IMG/VR virus record: IMGVR_UViG_3300020049_006510
Coordinates: 6,049 to 70,048 of that record
Reading direction: 5' to 3' (one strand)
Length of the DNA: 64,000 nucleotides
Source of the DNA: a virus
Taxonomy: Duplodnaviria > Caudoviricetes
The notes beneath the pieces were generated by a model that ran no database searches, was not told where the DNA came from, and saw only the letters and a program-made list of their open reading frames with translations. Both the position numbers and the translations under genes were made by a program. This document shows, one piece after another, positions 52,335 to 63,153 of this stretch (position 1 is the stretch's first letter; every line of letters begins with the position of its first letter).

Positions 52335-55300
52335 TACATTTACAGAATTAAATAGCGATAGTCATCCGTTAAACACAAAACCAAATGTGATGACAGATGC
52401 TGTTAATGCTACTTTAACAACTAGAGGTGAAAACCAATTAATAGTTCAGAATCTAAAGGGTACTGATCTTATTGGACAATTAACCCCAGGGTTTAAACCA
52501 TTGGCTGTAGAGGTATATAAAAACATAGCGTATATACTATCAGCTAAATTTGATGCTAATGGTAACTTTGAAGAAGGCGAAATAGGTACTTATCCATCTC
52601 CTGATTATACTCAACTATTTTTACCAGTAGCTATAGATAGTAACTATTATCTTCCTTTGTTAGATCAATACAGCCCATTAAAGAATTTCTTACCAAATAG
52701 TTCACTACCAAGTTTTCCTTCACAAACAGCACTAGATCAATTTTTAAATTCTGATGAATTCTATAGAGAAGACTTTAGAACATCTTTATTTAATCTAAAA
52801 AATGATAATTTAGTAGAAATGGAATTACAACCGTCTTACGATGGTTCTATTAACATAATATTAACTGACGATTTTAATCCTATAAGATTAATAAATAGTA
52901 GATTTATAGTTGGAGAAGATAGTAAAACTGCATCATTAGCAGAGAGAAGACAAAATAAAGATACTAATACATATAGTGAAGCTAGATTCTTAGCTACAAA
53001 ATTACTAAGAACTTCTAATATTATACCACGCTTAACATTTGGTGGTGTTAAAGCTGGTGGTAATTTACCAGGTGGTGGCTATAAAGTTTATTTTAAATAT
53101 ATTGACAGTGATGGCTCTTTATCAGAAATTATAGAAGAGAGTAGATTAGTTGCAGTATCCTATGACGATCATGGTGCTAAACCCACTGAGAATACAGGTA
53201 AGTGTATAGAGTTTACATTATCTAATTTAGATTTTAAGTTCAATGGTATTAAGGTTTATTACTCATATGTATCAGGTGAAATAGAACCAGTTACTTTAAA
53301 CAAAGAAATTTTAGAACCATTTGATTTACCTAATTCAGGTGATATCACTATAAGAATCTATGGTACAGAAAATATTGCTGATATATCAAGAGATCTTTTA
53401 AATCTAGATTATTCTTCTATTGACAGAGCAAAATCATTTACTCAAAAAGATGATCGTTTAGTAATAGCTAATATAACAAGCAACAACGATAATTTAGAGA
53501 GACTTCGTGAGTTATCACAGTTATTGCTTATCACTGAAGATAATAAAGATTTAGTTATAACAGGAACAGAAAATGGATATGGTAATCCTAATGCAGTCTA
53601 TTTTGACGTAGGTTACTGGGCATACGAAACTTATGAACTTGCTATAGTATACGTTCTAACTAATGGTAGAGGTAATACTCCAGCATTTCCTATGAGAGGT
53701 ATAGATAATTCTAATGATCCTTCTCTAAGTTATAGCGCTAGTATGAGTAATCCAACTAACATATATAATAATATTATAACTGAATCAAGTGGATTTATTA
53801 CGGGTAATGCAAAGGGAGAAAATAGATTAGGAGTATACAGAACAAATAAAAATAAAACATTATTAAAAGGAAATAAAGATACAACAAGTGTTCGTTATTT
53901 AAGAATTGATGTTAGTGCTTTATTTGCAGGTGAAGATCCTAATTTAGGTATAACGAATCCTTATCAAGATTTATTAGATAATGAAATAGAAGGCTTTTTC
54001 ATTGTTAGAAAAGAAAGAAAAAAAGATTGTGTTGTACAAGGTTATTTTACTAATACTGCTCGTGTAAATATAAATCCTATTTCAAACGAAAATCCACCAT
54101 TTTATTATGGTCAAAACACAAATATAAGCGTATTAGATAATGCTAAAGCGATTACTTCATTAAGAGAGCCATTTGGTAAAAAAGGCACTAATGTTGAAGT
54201 GTTAAAAGACACTAAGATTATACCAGCCCCGGGACGTATAATGGAAGTAATATCTGAAGATCGTTGTTTTACAGCAACTAGTACTAATTCTACAGGTGGT
54301 GCTAGTGCTTATAATGGTATTATAAATCCTAAAAGTATAAGTGTTCAAGGACAAGTATCTCCTGATCCTACTGAATATTTTACTGCAGATGGTCAACCAA
54401 TAGAAATGAATTATGCTTTGTATTCTAACGATATGTTGGCAATGCCTTCATTTTTTGGTTCAATGTTTAATAATAGTAGAAAGAGTATATTGTTAAATGA
54501 TTATAGTAATGTTATAGACAATACTATTAGAATGAGACAAATATTGAATGCTTCTTCAACTTATACTAACACAGGTGGTGTTGCGTCTTTATACCCATAT
54601 ATATTTACTGGAACAGGTACTACGTCATTGAATGCACCATTACCGGCGCCAGTACCACCACTTAGTGTTAGATTAATTTTTCAAGGGACGTCAAATGATA
54701 TAAATTTATCAGAAGTAGCACCTATCACTGGGCAACTTAACGGAGTATTATCAGGGGATTTAAAATTTAGTTATTATGACAGTGTGTTAATTCCTTCTTG
54801 GGGTGATGCATTTGCCGGTTCTGGTTCTGCAGCATTATGGCCTTTCACATTAAATGTTGTTATTGATGAAAGTGGTGTTTTAACAGGTACTTTACCAACA
54901 ACATCCAAATATCACAATCCACCTCTAGCTCCATCATACGCAAATACTAGGTATGATCTAATTCAAAATGGACCTATAACAGGTACTTGGGATCATATGC
55001 ACCCGACAGTAAATACTTTTAGTTTAACAGGTAGTTTTACTATAAATTTAGATATTCGTGTTGAAAAATGGGCAATACCAACACCAGGGGGTACACATCA
55101 ATTAGTGAGTAGTGCTAATAGAACATTAACTTTTACAGGTAGTTATGTTGATTTAATTTATACAAATGGTTCTAATCCGTCGATATCTTTACTGAATCCT
55201 GATGTAAATAGAACACAAATAAAAGTTTTACAACCAGATAATTTTTCATTCAATCCTGTATCTATACCTCATATAATAACAGGTCAGTATATATCTGAAT

Positions 55301-57588
55301 TTTTAGATGGTTATAATGATGATAATTTTTCTGCTATATCGAGTCGAAATCATTACATTTACACTTCTAAAGAATATAACGGTAATTCCCCAGCAACAGC
55401 TATTGCAGAAACATTTTCACTAAATCAAACCAGACTGTTAGCTTCAGATTCTACTAGATACTCTGATTATGTTGGCGTTAGAATGAAAAATGCTGTCGGA
55501 CAATACTTAGGTTATCCTTTAAGAAATGATTTTTCTCAAGAGTCTAACTTCATTAATTTCCCTTCTAATAATAAAGGTTTAACTGGTACAGACAATGGAG
55601 ATTGGACTTACAGAGTACAGCATGAAGGTATAAGATTTGCAGTATTAGCTAATATTTATGATAGTGCTGATGGACCTATGTCTAATAGTAATTGGCAAAA
55701 TAAATACAGTAATTTAAGCTTTGCAGAAACTTATTTTGCAGTAACAAAAAGATTTACTTTAAAAGAAATAAGAGATCAATATTTTTTAAATAGCATCAGA
55801 GATAAATATATTAATGTTTTTAGTGGTGATTGTTTTGTAAACTATACCTACAAGAGAGCTTTTTATGGAGCTGGCGTAGACGGTATACCTACAGCATCTG
55901 ACCCCTCGTTATATAGAGAAGGTGAATTAAGCGCTGGTCTTTATTCAAAAGGTTTTGTGTTTCCATTAGTAATGGAATCTAACTATAATACAGCTATGAG
56001 AACTTTTGAGTTTAAAGACTTAGTAGAATCAGGTATTTATGGTAAAGAAAGAACGTTTTATCCTATTGACAATATTGATAGCATGCGTTCTAGTAGACAA
56101 TTAGAATCTAAAGGAGTAAATAATGGTTATAATTATGATAATTCAGAAAGACAATCTGTTGCTTTAAACGATAGAGCACCAGTATTAAACATAAATTATG
56201 ACACTAGAATATTAGTTAGTGAACCTTCTGTATCAGGTAGTTTTAGTAATGGTTACACTAATTTCTCAGGATTAAATTTTAGAGATTACACTAAACATTT
56301 AGGTTCTATAACTAAGGTTGTATCACATAATAATTATTTATTCTGTATACAAGAACGCGGTATTGGCGTTGTTCCTATGAATCAGCGTACTATGATATCT
56401 GAACAACAAGGTGGTGTATTCTTAGATAACGCCCAATTGTTAGATTCTAAATTACAAATGATATCTACGGAATATGGTAGTACTCAACAATTCAGTATTG
56501 TTAAGACTGACCAAAATGTTTATGGTTGTGATTTAAATAAGAATAAAATTTGGAAAATAGTTTCTCAAGGTGGACAACATGGTTTAGAATTAATATCTGA
56601 TTTTGCAGTACAAACTATACTTAATAATTTCAAAGCTAAAATAGATAACAATAGTTTAAAGAATTTTGTAAAGGGTAATTATGATCGTTCTGCTAATAAC
56701 GTAATATTCACTTACTACAATGTTGACGCCAGTGATTTCACAACTGATATTTTTGAAGTAGTGATAAACCTTGATAATGAACAAGTTACAGTAAGAAAAC
56801 CAGCTATAAGTAGTTTATATTTCAATGAAACTTTAGGTAAATGGATATCTAGATTAAGTTGGGATCCATTATTTATGTTTGAAATCGGTAACAATATTTA
56901 CTCTTTCAGCAATAGCGGGGATGGCTCTTTATGGAAACATTATTCCGATATAGCTCCTTATTGCTATATTTATGGGCAGCAAAGAAAATTTGAGATAGAG
57001 TTTATACTTGTTGATAATTCTTCTGCACAAAAAATGCTTGATAATTTATTAGTGATATCTAATAGATCATTTCCTGGCAGAATAAAATACACTATTGACA
57101 AAAATGTTGATTTAGAAACATTTGTTCCAAAAGACAATTCTTATTTAGAATTAATGTGCCAACGTCACGAAGATTTTTCTAATTTAGTATTAACTCCTGT
57201 TTATCAAATAGGTCAAATGTACTTCCAAATTAATGTTAGTATAGAAGAATTAGAACGATTAAGAGGAGGATATTTCATCTGGAATAATACAGTATACATA
57301 TTAGGTTCTGTTTACACTAATAATAATATAAATTACATTGAAATTTTAGACGAAAATGCTAATATAGTTACAACAAATACTCCTGGAATTACGTTTAGTC
57401 GTTTAGAATTTGGTATAATAAAACAGAACATGGAGTATATAGAAGATCATTTGTATGTAGAAGTCGGTAGAGAAGAAAAATCTTCTATAATAAGAGATAA
57501 AGCAATTAGAATTAAATTAACATATGAAGGAATGAACTACACGGTAATACAATCAATAATTTCATTATTTCAATACTCATTTTCATAA
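52318..57588 (+). CDS. tail muzzle / stabilization protein (P22 gp10-like position)
   Basis: 1756 aa; NTF..LNSD.HP...MTDA.NAT...ENQL..QN start, GYW..E.Y..AIVY, and C-terminal IRDKAIRIKL.Y. Confidence 0.8.
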   Translation: MSQSVNTFTELNSDSHPLNTKPNVMTDAVNATLTTRGENQLIVQNLKGTDLIGQLTPGFKPLAVEVYKNIAYILSAKFDANGNFEEGEIGTYPSPDYTQLFLPVAIDSNYYLPLLDQYSPLKNFLPNSSLPSFPSQTALDQFLNSDEFYREDFRTSLFNLKNDNLVEMELQPSYDGSINIILTDDFNPIRLINSRFIVGEDSKTASLAERRQNKDTNTYSEARFLATKLLRTSNIIPRLTFGGVKAGGNLPGGGYKVYFKYIDSDGSLSEIIEESRLVAVSYDDHGAKPTENTGKCIEFTLSNLDFKFNGIKVYYSYVSGEIEPVTLNKEILEPFDLPNSGDITIRIYGTENIADISRDLLNLDYSSIDRAKSFTQKDDRLVIANITSNNDNLERLRELSQLLLITEDNKDLVITGTENGYGNPNAVYFDVGYWAYETYELAIVYVLTNGRGNTPAFPMRGIDNSNDPSLSYSASMSNPTNIYNNIITESSGFITGNAKGENRLGVYRTNKNKTLLKGNKDTTSVRYLRIDVSALFAGEDPNLGITNPYQDLLDNEIEGFFIVRKERKKDCVVQGYFTNTARVNINPISNENPPFYYGQNTNISVLDNAKAITSLREPFGKKGTNVEVLKDTKIIPAPGRIMEVISEDRCFTATSTNSTGGASAYNGIINPKSISVQGQVSPDPTEYFTADGQPIEMNYALYSNDMLAMPSFFGSMFNNSRKSILLNDYSNVIDNTIRMRQILNASSTYTNTGGVASLYPYIFTGTGTTSLNAPLPAPVPPLSVRLIFQGTSNDINLSEVAPITGQLNGVLSGDLKFSYYDSVLIPSWGDAFAGSGSAALWPFTLNVVIDESGVLTGTLPTTSKYHNPPLAPSYANTRYDLIQNGPITGTWDHMHPTVNTFSLTGSFTINLDIRVEKWAIPTPGGTHQLVSSANRTLTFTGSYVDLIYTNGSNPSISLLNPDVNRTQIKVLQPDNFSFNPVSIPHIITGQYISEFLDGYNDDNFSAISSRNHYIYTSKEYNGNSPATAIAETFSLNQTRLLASDSTRYSDYVGVRMKNAVGQYLGYPLRNDFSQESNFINFPSNNKGLTGTDNGDWTYRVQHEGIRFAVLANIYDSADGPMSNSNWQNKYSNLSFAETYFAVTKRFTLKEIRDQYFLNSIRDKYINVFSGDCFVNYTYKRAFYGAGVDGIPTASDPSLYREGELSAGLYSKGFVFPLVMESNYNTAMRTFEFKDLVESGIYGKERTFYPIDNIDSMRSSRQLESKGVNNGYNYDNSERQSVALNDRAPVLNINYDTRILVSEPSVSGSFSNGYTNFSGLNFRDYTKHLGSITKVVSHNNYLFCIQERGIGVVPMNQRTMISEQQGGVFLDNAQLLDSKLQMISTEYGSTQQFSIVKTDQNVYGCDLNKNKIWKIVSQGGQHGLELISDFAVQTILNNFKAKIDNNSLKNFVKGNYDRSANNVIFTYYNVDASDFTTDIFEVVINLDNEQVTVRKPAISSLYFNETLGKWISRLSWDPLFMFEIGNNIYSFSNSGDGSLWKHYSDIAPYCYIYGQQRKFEIEFILVDNSSAQKMLDNLLVISNRSFPGRIKYTIDKNVDLETFVPKDNSYLELMCQRHEDFSNLVLTPVYQIGQMYFQINVSIEELERLRGGYFIWNNTVYILGSVYTNNNINYIEILDENANIVTTNTPGITFSRLEFGIIKQNMEYIEDHLYVEVGREEKSSIIRDKAIRIKLTYEGMNYTVIQSIISLFQYSFS

Positions 57589-58280
57589 TGGCAAAAGACA
57601 ATATATACGATCAAATTATTACGGAGTTAATCTTCAGAGCTGAACAAAATTCAAGCGCTTTTGGACCACAAATTATTATATCTTCTAATTTAGATAATAA
57701 TAATATTGTACCATATTCCACATCATTAGCTTTCGAAATAACTTCTGAGATTATAAATATACCTATAGGTTATACTGTAAAAGCGAATACTCACACTATC
57801 TCTTACCCATTAATGGCGACGGATACTTCGAGTTCTTCTGTATTTACAGGCTCAACTAATAACACTATTAGTGGCACTGCAGGTTGGACTTATGTAGTCA
57901 CTGTAAATGTTACTTTAGAAAAGACAGCAAGTCCCGACATAGTATTGTCAGATACCTTTACTATCACAGCAGTATCAAGTGCTTATTTTAAAGCTAATGC
58001 TGTAAACAATGATTTTAATTTAGTCGGAGCTGTTTCAACAATATTAGATACTTCTGTAAATGGCACGGAAATAGCGTGGAACATAGCTGCTACAAATTTT
58101 TACTTATATTTTATAGTGCCTACAGGCGTTGTAATAGATCATGTGCTAGACCACAATCAGAATGTTATTGCTGTATCTAATTTTGATGTTACCACTAATG
58201 GTGGTTATGATTATTATGTACTAAGCTGGTTTACACAATTATCACCTGCAGGAATATATAACTGGAAAATAATATTTTAA
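57588..58280 (+). CDS. tail-associated Ig-like protein (paralog of 59780-60463)
   Basis: Beta-rich; YFIVP...D.N...F...Y..K.IF C-terminal pattern. Confidence 0.6.
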   Translation: MAKDNIYDQIITELIFRAEQNSSAFGPQIIISSNLDNNNIVPYSTSLAFEITSEIINIPIGYTVKANTHTISYPLMATDTSSSSVFTGSTNNTISGTAGWTYVVTVNVTLEKTASPDIVLSDTFTITAVSSAYFKANAVNNDFNLVGAVSTILDTSVNGTEIAWNIAATNFYLYFIVPTGVVIDHVLDHNQNVIAVSNFDVTTNGGYDYYVLSWFTQLSPAGIYNWKIIF

Positions 58281-58289
58281 TAAGAAAAC

Positions 58290-59759
58290 ATGACTCTAAT
58301 TATAGACAATTTTAATCTAAAGAAACCTACGGTTTTAGACGAAAGACAAACACCAGTATTAGATCTTGTTGATCTTCCTACTATAACAGATATAGATTCT
58401 TTAAATAATCAATTTCTTTATGAGGGTTTATCAATATATGTAGTAAACGAAGCTTCTAACTACCAGATACAAAGAGATCCCAACACACCAACGGTGTTTA
58501 TTTGGGTTAATATAGGACTAACAGTGGGTTTAGTGGTAGGTACTATTGATATAACTACTGTTACTACAGTATTAGACCTATCTTTAGTGGCACCAGCAAT
58601 AGCTACATGTCATAGCGTAGTAGTTACTATAACAGATGGTAGTACTGCACAAATTAGTACAATAACAAATTTTCCATCAGATCAATTAATAACATTTTAC
58701 TCAGCAGTGGGTGATGTGGTTACTTATGTACATACTGAATATGATACACCAGGTAACGATTCTATAGTTATAGAAGATAGTTTTAATTTTGACTTAACGG
58801 GTCGTGCAGACGGTAACGATTGTTTAACTCTAAAAAAGCATAACGTAAAAGTATGCCAATGGGCTGCAATACAATTTATAAAGAGAGATGAATTATCTAA
58901 CTTAATGGCTAATTTTGCGCCTATTGATAATTTAAATTCTACTTCCACCACAAATCCATTATCAGCTAATCAAGGTAGAGTTTTAGATGCAAAAATTAAT
59001 GCTAAGGCGAATGCATTTTTAATTGGACCTCATTTAAGATACTCTGGGACAGCATTACCATTTACATTAGAAGCGTTACCATATCCATTCAGAGTAATAG
59101 CAAATAACACTACTTTTTCAGCAGCAGTTAATGCGGCACAAACAGCGGGTATAGATTATAATTACTTCAGAGTATACTACTCTCAAGATGAAGGAACCTT
59201 CTTATTATCACCTGGTGTACCTTCTGTTTCTAGTTTTGGATCACACAACTGGGTACAAATAGCTAATGGAGTAGAATTACCTACGATATGTAAGTACAAA
59301 ATTTATCCCGATGCTGCGTTGAATATTACAGCTGGCACAGATTATTATATAAAATTAGATGTAAATACCATAGTGGGCGATAACCTAGTTCAGGGCTTTA
59401 ATACAGATGGATCAGCTACTATTAAAGTAAATACTAAATTATCTGATGGGTTATACAAAATCACTGCAAAATTAAATGTGGAAGTAGCTGCTGCACAAAA
59501 TATCAAGTTACAACTGTATTTAACTGATGTTTTAGGAAATAATACTACACCTTTAACAAGTGGTGTTGTATATGATGAGCATTTTGAATCATCTACAGGC
59601 GCTGATGTATTAACTTTAAGTGTGTCTACCCTAGCAGAATGTACACAATTAAATCAAAATGTATTGGTGTTAAAACTAGTAACAGATACAGATTTCACTA
59701 ATTTTACATTTGATTCTTATTGCGGTTTTGTAGAAATAAATAAGATTAGAACAATATAA
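58290..59759 (+). CDS. fibre-like virion protein
   Basis: N-terminal F.L..P..LDER...YEG..V module; shares TGR.DG.D domain with 60463-61914. Confidence 0.6.
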   Translation: MTLIIDNFNLKKPTVLDERQTPVLDLVDLPTITDIDSLNNQFLYEGLSIYVVNEASNYQIQRDPNTPTVFIWVNIGLTVGLVVGTIDITTVTTVLDLSLVAPAIATCHSVVVTITDGSTAQISTITNFPSDQLITFYSAVGDVVTYVHTEYDTPGNDSIVIEDSFNFDLTGRADGNDCLTLKKHNVKVCQWAAIQFIKRDELSNLMANFAPIDNLNSTSTTNPLSANQGRVLDAKINAKANAFLIGPHLRYSGTALPFTLEALPYPFRVIANNTTFSAAVNAAQTAGIDYNYFRVYYSQDEGTFLLSPGVPSVSSFGSHNWVQIANGVELPTICKYKIYPDAALNITAGTDYYIKLDVNTIVGDNLVQGFNTDGSATIKVNTKLSDGLYKITAKLNVEVAAAQNIKLQLYLTDVLGNNTTPLTSGVVYDEHFESSTGADVLTLSVSTLAECTQLNQNVLVLKLVTDTDFTNFTFDSYCGFVEINKIRTI

Positions 59760-59779
59760 ATTAATAACGAATTTTTATA

Positions 59780-60463
59780 ATGGCAACATCAGCTAAGCAA
59801 GTATTTAACATTCTTCAATATACCTTTTCTGGTAATAATACTAATGTTAATCCTAATAATTTTGTAGAACCTACAGCTACGTTTTCTATAAAACCTGGTA
59901 CATTTTCTTTACTTACTCCACCAGCGAATTTAATTGTGGAAGGTTCGATAATTCCAAATGATGCTACAAATATTACTTGGGAAGTTTACGATGGTGTATC
60001 TGTTTCTCCTGTATTAACAGGGTCTAATAATGTAATTAATTCTACTCTACCAACACCAACAGAAGATACTACTTACACACTAAGAGTAATTTATATCGGT
60101 GGTAATGAGTTATTAGAATTAACAAGTTTTGTTGATCCATATGATGTTACATATATAGGTCAATTACCACTTCCAGGAGATAATATTACTATAGCTGCAA
60201 ATTTAACACCTTTCTTACCAGGCTTAGTGGTTACATCACAAGAAGATGCATTATTATTAATGACAATAACTGCAGCTAATATTGGTCGATTAGTTTTTGT
60301 AGTACCGGATAATTATGGAACATTATTAGACATTTCTGATGAAAATGATTCTAGTGTTTTAAATGAATTCAATGTAGTTATTGATTCACCTAATAATCAA
60401 AAAATTTACGTTAAAATTGACACAGTAACACCAGGAAGTTATAAATATAAATTGATTTACTAA
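59780..60463 (+). CDS. tail-associated Ig-like protein (paralog of 57588-58280)
   Basis: PTATFSI...YTL.V...LVFVVP...YKYKLIY. Confidence 0.6.
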   Translation: MATSAKQVFNILQYTFSGNNTNVNPNNFVEPTATFSIKPGTFSLLTPPANLIVEGSIIPNDATNITWEVYDGVSVSPVLTGSNNVINSTLPTPTEDTTYTLRVIYIGGNELLELTSFVDPYDVTYIGQLPLPGDNITIAANLTPFLPGLVVTSQEDALLLMTITAANIGRLVFVVPDNYGTLLDISDENDSSVLNEFNVVIDSPNNQKIYVKIDTVTPGSYKYKLIY

Positions 60464-61914
60464 TGTATACGAATAAAAAGAAATTGACTAATGGTTATAG
60501 AGTTGTGTCACAAGCTCCGATAGATGACCGTACTATAAAAGCAGACATAGCAGATCTTATTAACTTAGGTACTGATGATTACAAGGCTTATGAATATTAT
60601 GAAGGAATGCGAACATTTGTTCTTGAAGAAAATGCTTATTATAAATGGGTAGAAGATAATACAGGAACTGGTCCAATTGGAGGATTTACTTATCCAGCGA
60701 ATATAATATCGTCTGGTATAGTGTATAGTAATAGAACTTTTGACTTTGTAAAAATAAATTTCTCAGGGTCTGCTGTTATAGAAGGTACTTATGCTGATAT
60801 AGCTTTACTGAAAGGTCAGTACATTGTTGATGCTACTTATAAAATCACCGATAGAGCTGATAATGGTATTTTTGTAAAAGCTGCTTCCAATAATAGTTTT
60901 CATTTAGACGCAACGGGTTTATTTTTAAATCAGGATTTTCAAGATATTGGTAATTACGCAGGAACTCCTGCTGTAAAAGGTACTAATAGAGGAGTATGGG
61001 AAGATACAGCAGAAGCCGGTTATGTAGTTAATGATATAGTTTTTTGGAACGGTTTACATTTTCAATTGACTAGCGCTACTGCATTAGGTGTCGGTGATAA
61101 TCCAATCGCTAATACTACTGATTATACAGTATTAACAAAGGCTACAGCAAATGTGGGCTATATTAAAGAGACAGATTTTTTATTATATGATTTTGAAAAT
61201 GATATTATTCTGTTAAGAAAAGATAAAAGGAATAATACTATCAATTATGAATATGCTTCGTTCCAATGGGGTAATAATAATGTACAAGACAATACTTCTT
61301 CTAATACATGTATATTTAATTGTTTAAACCAAAGGGGTTCCGTTGCTAAAAATGTGCTAGAAAATGCTGCTCAAGTAATTATTTCTGAGACACACGAAGG
61401 GAGCGTAGATGGGAATACTTTTTCTAATCAATACACTACTAATATTAGTTTACAAACTGGTATAACTGTGCAAGATTGTTTATTTATGCAACCTTACACT
61501 ATTACTGTAGCTTCAGGAGTTAGCCAAGCAAGTAAAATAGTTACTTCAAATGAATCTAATTTTGAAATGGATTTGAGTATGTCGGATGCAGCAACCTATA
61601 ATGCTGGAACAGAGACATTAACTATTAAAACGGCTTACAATTATATAGGGATATTTAATCTGACAAATCTTTCTGCACAAACAATATCTGTAATAGTTAA
61701 TTTACCTACTACACACAGATCTAGATTTTATGTGCAAAGTGGTAATATACAAAACTTTAAACATGTTGCCGTAGCAACTGTTACAGCTAACAAATTAGTT
61801 TCTAGTACTGCACTTACTGATATCATTACTGGTAGAACAGATGGAAGTGATTACATTGAATACGAAAAGTCTGGTAACAAAAATAGACAACATTTAGTAA
61901 ATATCTTAATCTAA
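60463..61914 (+). CDS. fibre-like virion protein with Asn-rich beta-helix-like segment
   Basis: N-terminal Y.V....PIDDR...YEG module; Y.ITDR.D.GI motif; FQWGNNNV...N repeats. Confidence 0.6.
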   Translation: MYTNKKKLTNGYRVVSQAPIDDRTIKADIADLINLGTDDYKAYEYYEGMRTFVLEENAYYKWVEDNTGTGPIGGFTYPANIISSGIVYSNRTFDFVKINFSGSAVIEGTYADIALLKGQYIVDATYKITDRADNGIFVKAASNNSFHLDATGLFLNQDFQDIGNYAGTPAVKGTNRGVWEDTAEAGYVVNDIVFWNGLHFQLTSATALGVGDNPIANTTDYTVLTKATANVGYIKETDFLLYDFENDIILLRKDKRNNTINYEYASFQWGNNNVQDNTSSNTCIFNCLNQRGSVAKNVLENAAQVIISETHEGSVDGNTFSNQYTTNISLQTGITVQDCLFMQPYTITVASGVSQASKIVTSNESNFEMDLSMSDAATYNAGTETLTIKTAYNYIGIFNLTNLSAQTISVIVNLPTTHRSRFYVQSGNIQNFKHVAVATVTANKLVSSTALTDIITGRTDGSDYIEYEKSGNKNRQHLVNILI

Positions 61915-61989
61915 TTACTAAACTATAGAATATCTATCAAAAAAGATTTATACTCTTAATTATTCAATCAAAAATATTATATTAGAATT

Positions 61990-63153
61990 ATGGTAACAAG
62001 AACTAATGCTAATATATTAGCAGACCCTTATAGTAATACTTCAAGCTTTATGTCCCCTAAAGGGACTGTGCAATCTAGTAATAAATTAGTACCTAAAGTT
62101 AATCCAGTAGGAGACCCTAATAAAATCAGACAAGATGCTATCTATGCAGCTGCTAATTTAAAAGATAAGCAAGCTGAAGTTTGGGAAAAACAAGAATTCA
62201 ATACTGGTGCAGCAGCTAATAAAATAATGGCTAATGCCGGAGCTATAAAAAGTACTATTGATGCTACTAAAAATGCAATGAAAGCTGCTGATGCTGCTAA
62301 AACTGCTAATCAAACATTAAATACGGCTAAACAAGCAGGAGAAGTTTCAAAAGATGTTGCTAACGCGGCTAAAGTTGCTAACAGTGCAAAGAATGCTAGT
62401 ATTGCAGGAGCTGCTGGGGCAGGAATAGGTGTAGCTGGTATTGGCGCAAGTTTATACGGAGAACATCTTATCAATAATAAGAAAGAAGATATTGGCGGTA
62501 TTTGGAAAGGCGCAGGAACAGGCGCTGCTATGGGTGCTCAATTAGGTACTATGATCGGTCCTTGGGGTACTTTAATAGGTGCAGGCGCGGGTGCTATAGC
62601 GGGGGGTGTTATCGGTGGTTTGAAGGGTAAAAAACAAAAAGAAGATAGAATTGCTAGTGAAGCTAAGACTGCATCAGAATTAGCAGCTTATAACTCAAAC
62701 ATGGCTGAACAAAGAAGATTACTTAAAGGTAGAGCAGGCGATCAAGCCAAATTTGCTGGTATAATGAATAATGCTCAAATGTATAATCCAGGTTCAGGTA
62801 ATCCAATCGTGTTTGCAAGAAAAGGCGGTAAGTTAATTCCTAAATTTCGTAGAGGCGGAGAATTAGATTTACAAAAAGAAAACGTAATTCTTGATGGCCC
62901 TTCTCATGATGATCATAATAAGACTGGAATACACAAAGATAAAGGTCTGCCAGTAGTACATAAAAGCGCTAAAGTTGCTGAAATAGAGAGTTTAGAATTA
63001 GTATTAAATAAAAATGCATCTGACAAACTTGAGAATTTAGTGAATAAGTATGATAAGACGAAAGATCCTAAGGTACTTAAAGAAATAGCTTCTTTAACTT
63101 CAAAGGAAATAACTGAAAATACTTACGATTATAGTAAAGAATTATTAGACTAA
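61990..63153 (+). CDS. cargo/ejection protein with glycine-zipper TM region
   Basis: Ala-rich coiled region, GxxxG-rich helices, FARKGGKL/FRRGGEL tags, GPSHD...AEIE..E C-terminal domain. Confidence 0.7.
   Translation: MVTRTNANILADPYSNTSSFMSPKGTVQSSNKLVPKVNPVGDPNKIRQDAIYAAANLKDKQAEVWEKQEFNTGAAANKIMANAGAIKSTIDATKNAMKAADAAKTANQTLNTAKQAGEVSKDVANAAKVANSAKNASIAGAAGAGIGVAGIGASLYGEHLINNKKEDIGGIWKGAGTGAAMGAQLGTMIGPWGTLIGAGAGAIAGGVIGGLKGKKQKEDRIASEAKTASELAAYNSNMAEQRRLLKGRAGDQAKFAGIMNNAQMYNPGSGNPIVFARKGGKLIPKFRRGGELDLQKENVILDGPSHDDHNKTGIHKDKGLPVVHKSAKVAEIESLELVLNKNASDKLENLVNKYDKTKDPKVLKEIASLTSKEITENTYDYSKELLD

Noticed and set aside
24343-58951. Short minus-strand ORFs and alternative-frame ORFs within the plus-strand arm (e.g. 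28825-29235, 29676-29954, 31058-31279, 49204-49497, 58724-58951)
   Set aside because: They lie fully inside long conserved genes and have no independent evidence.
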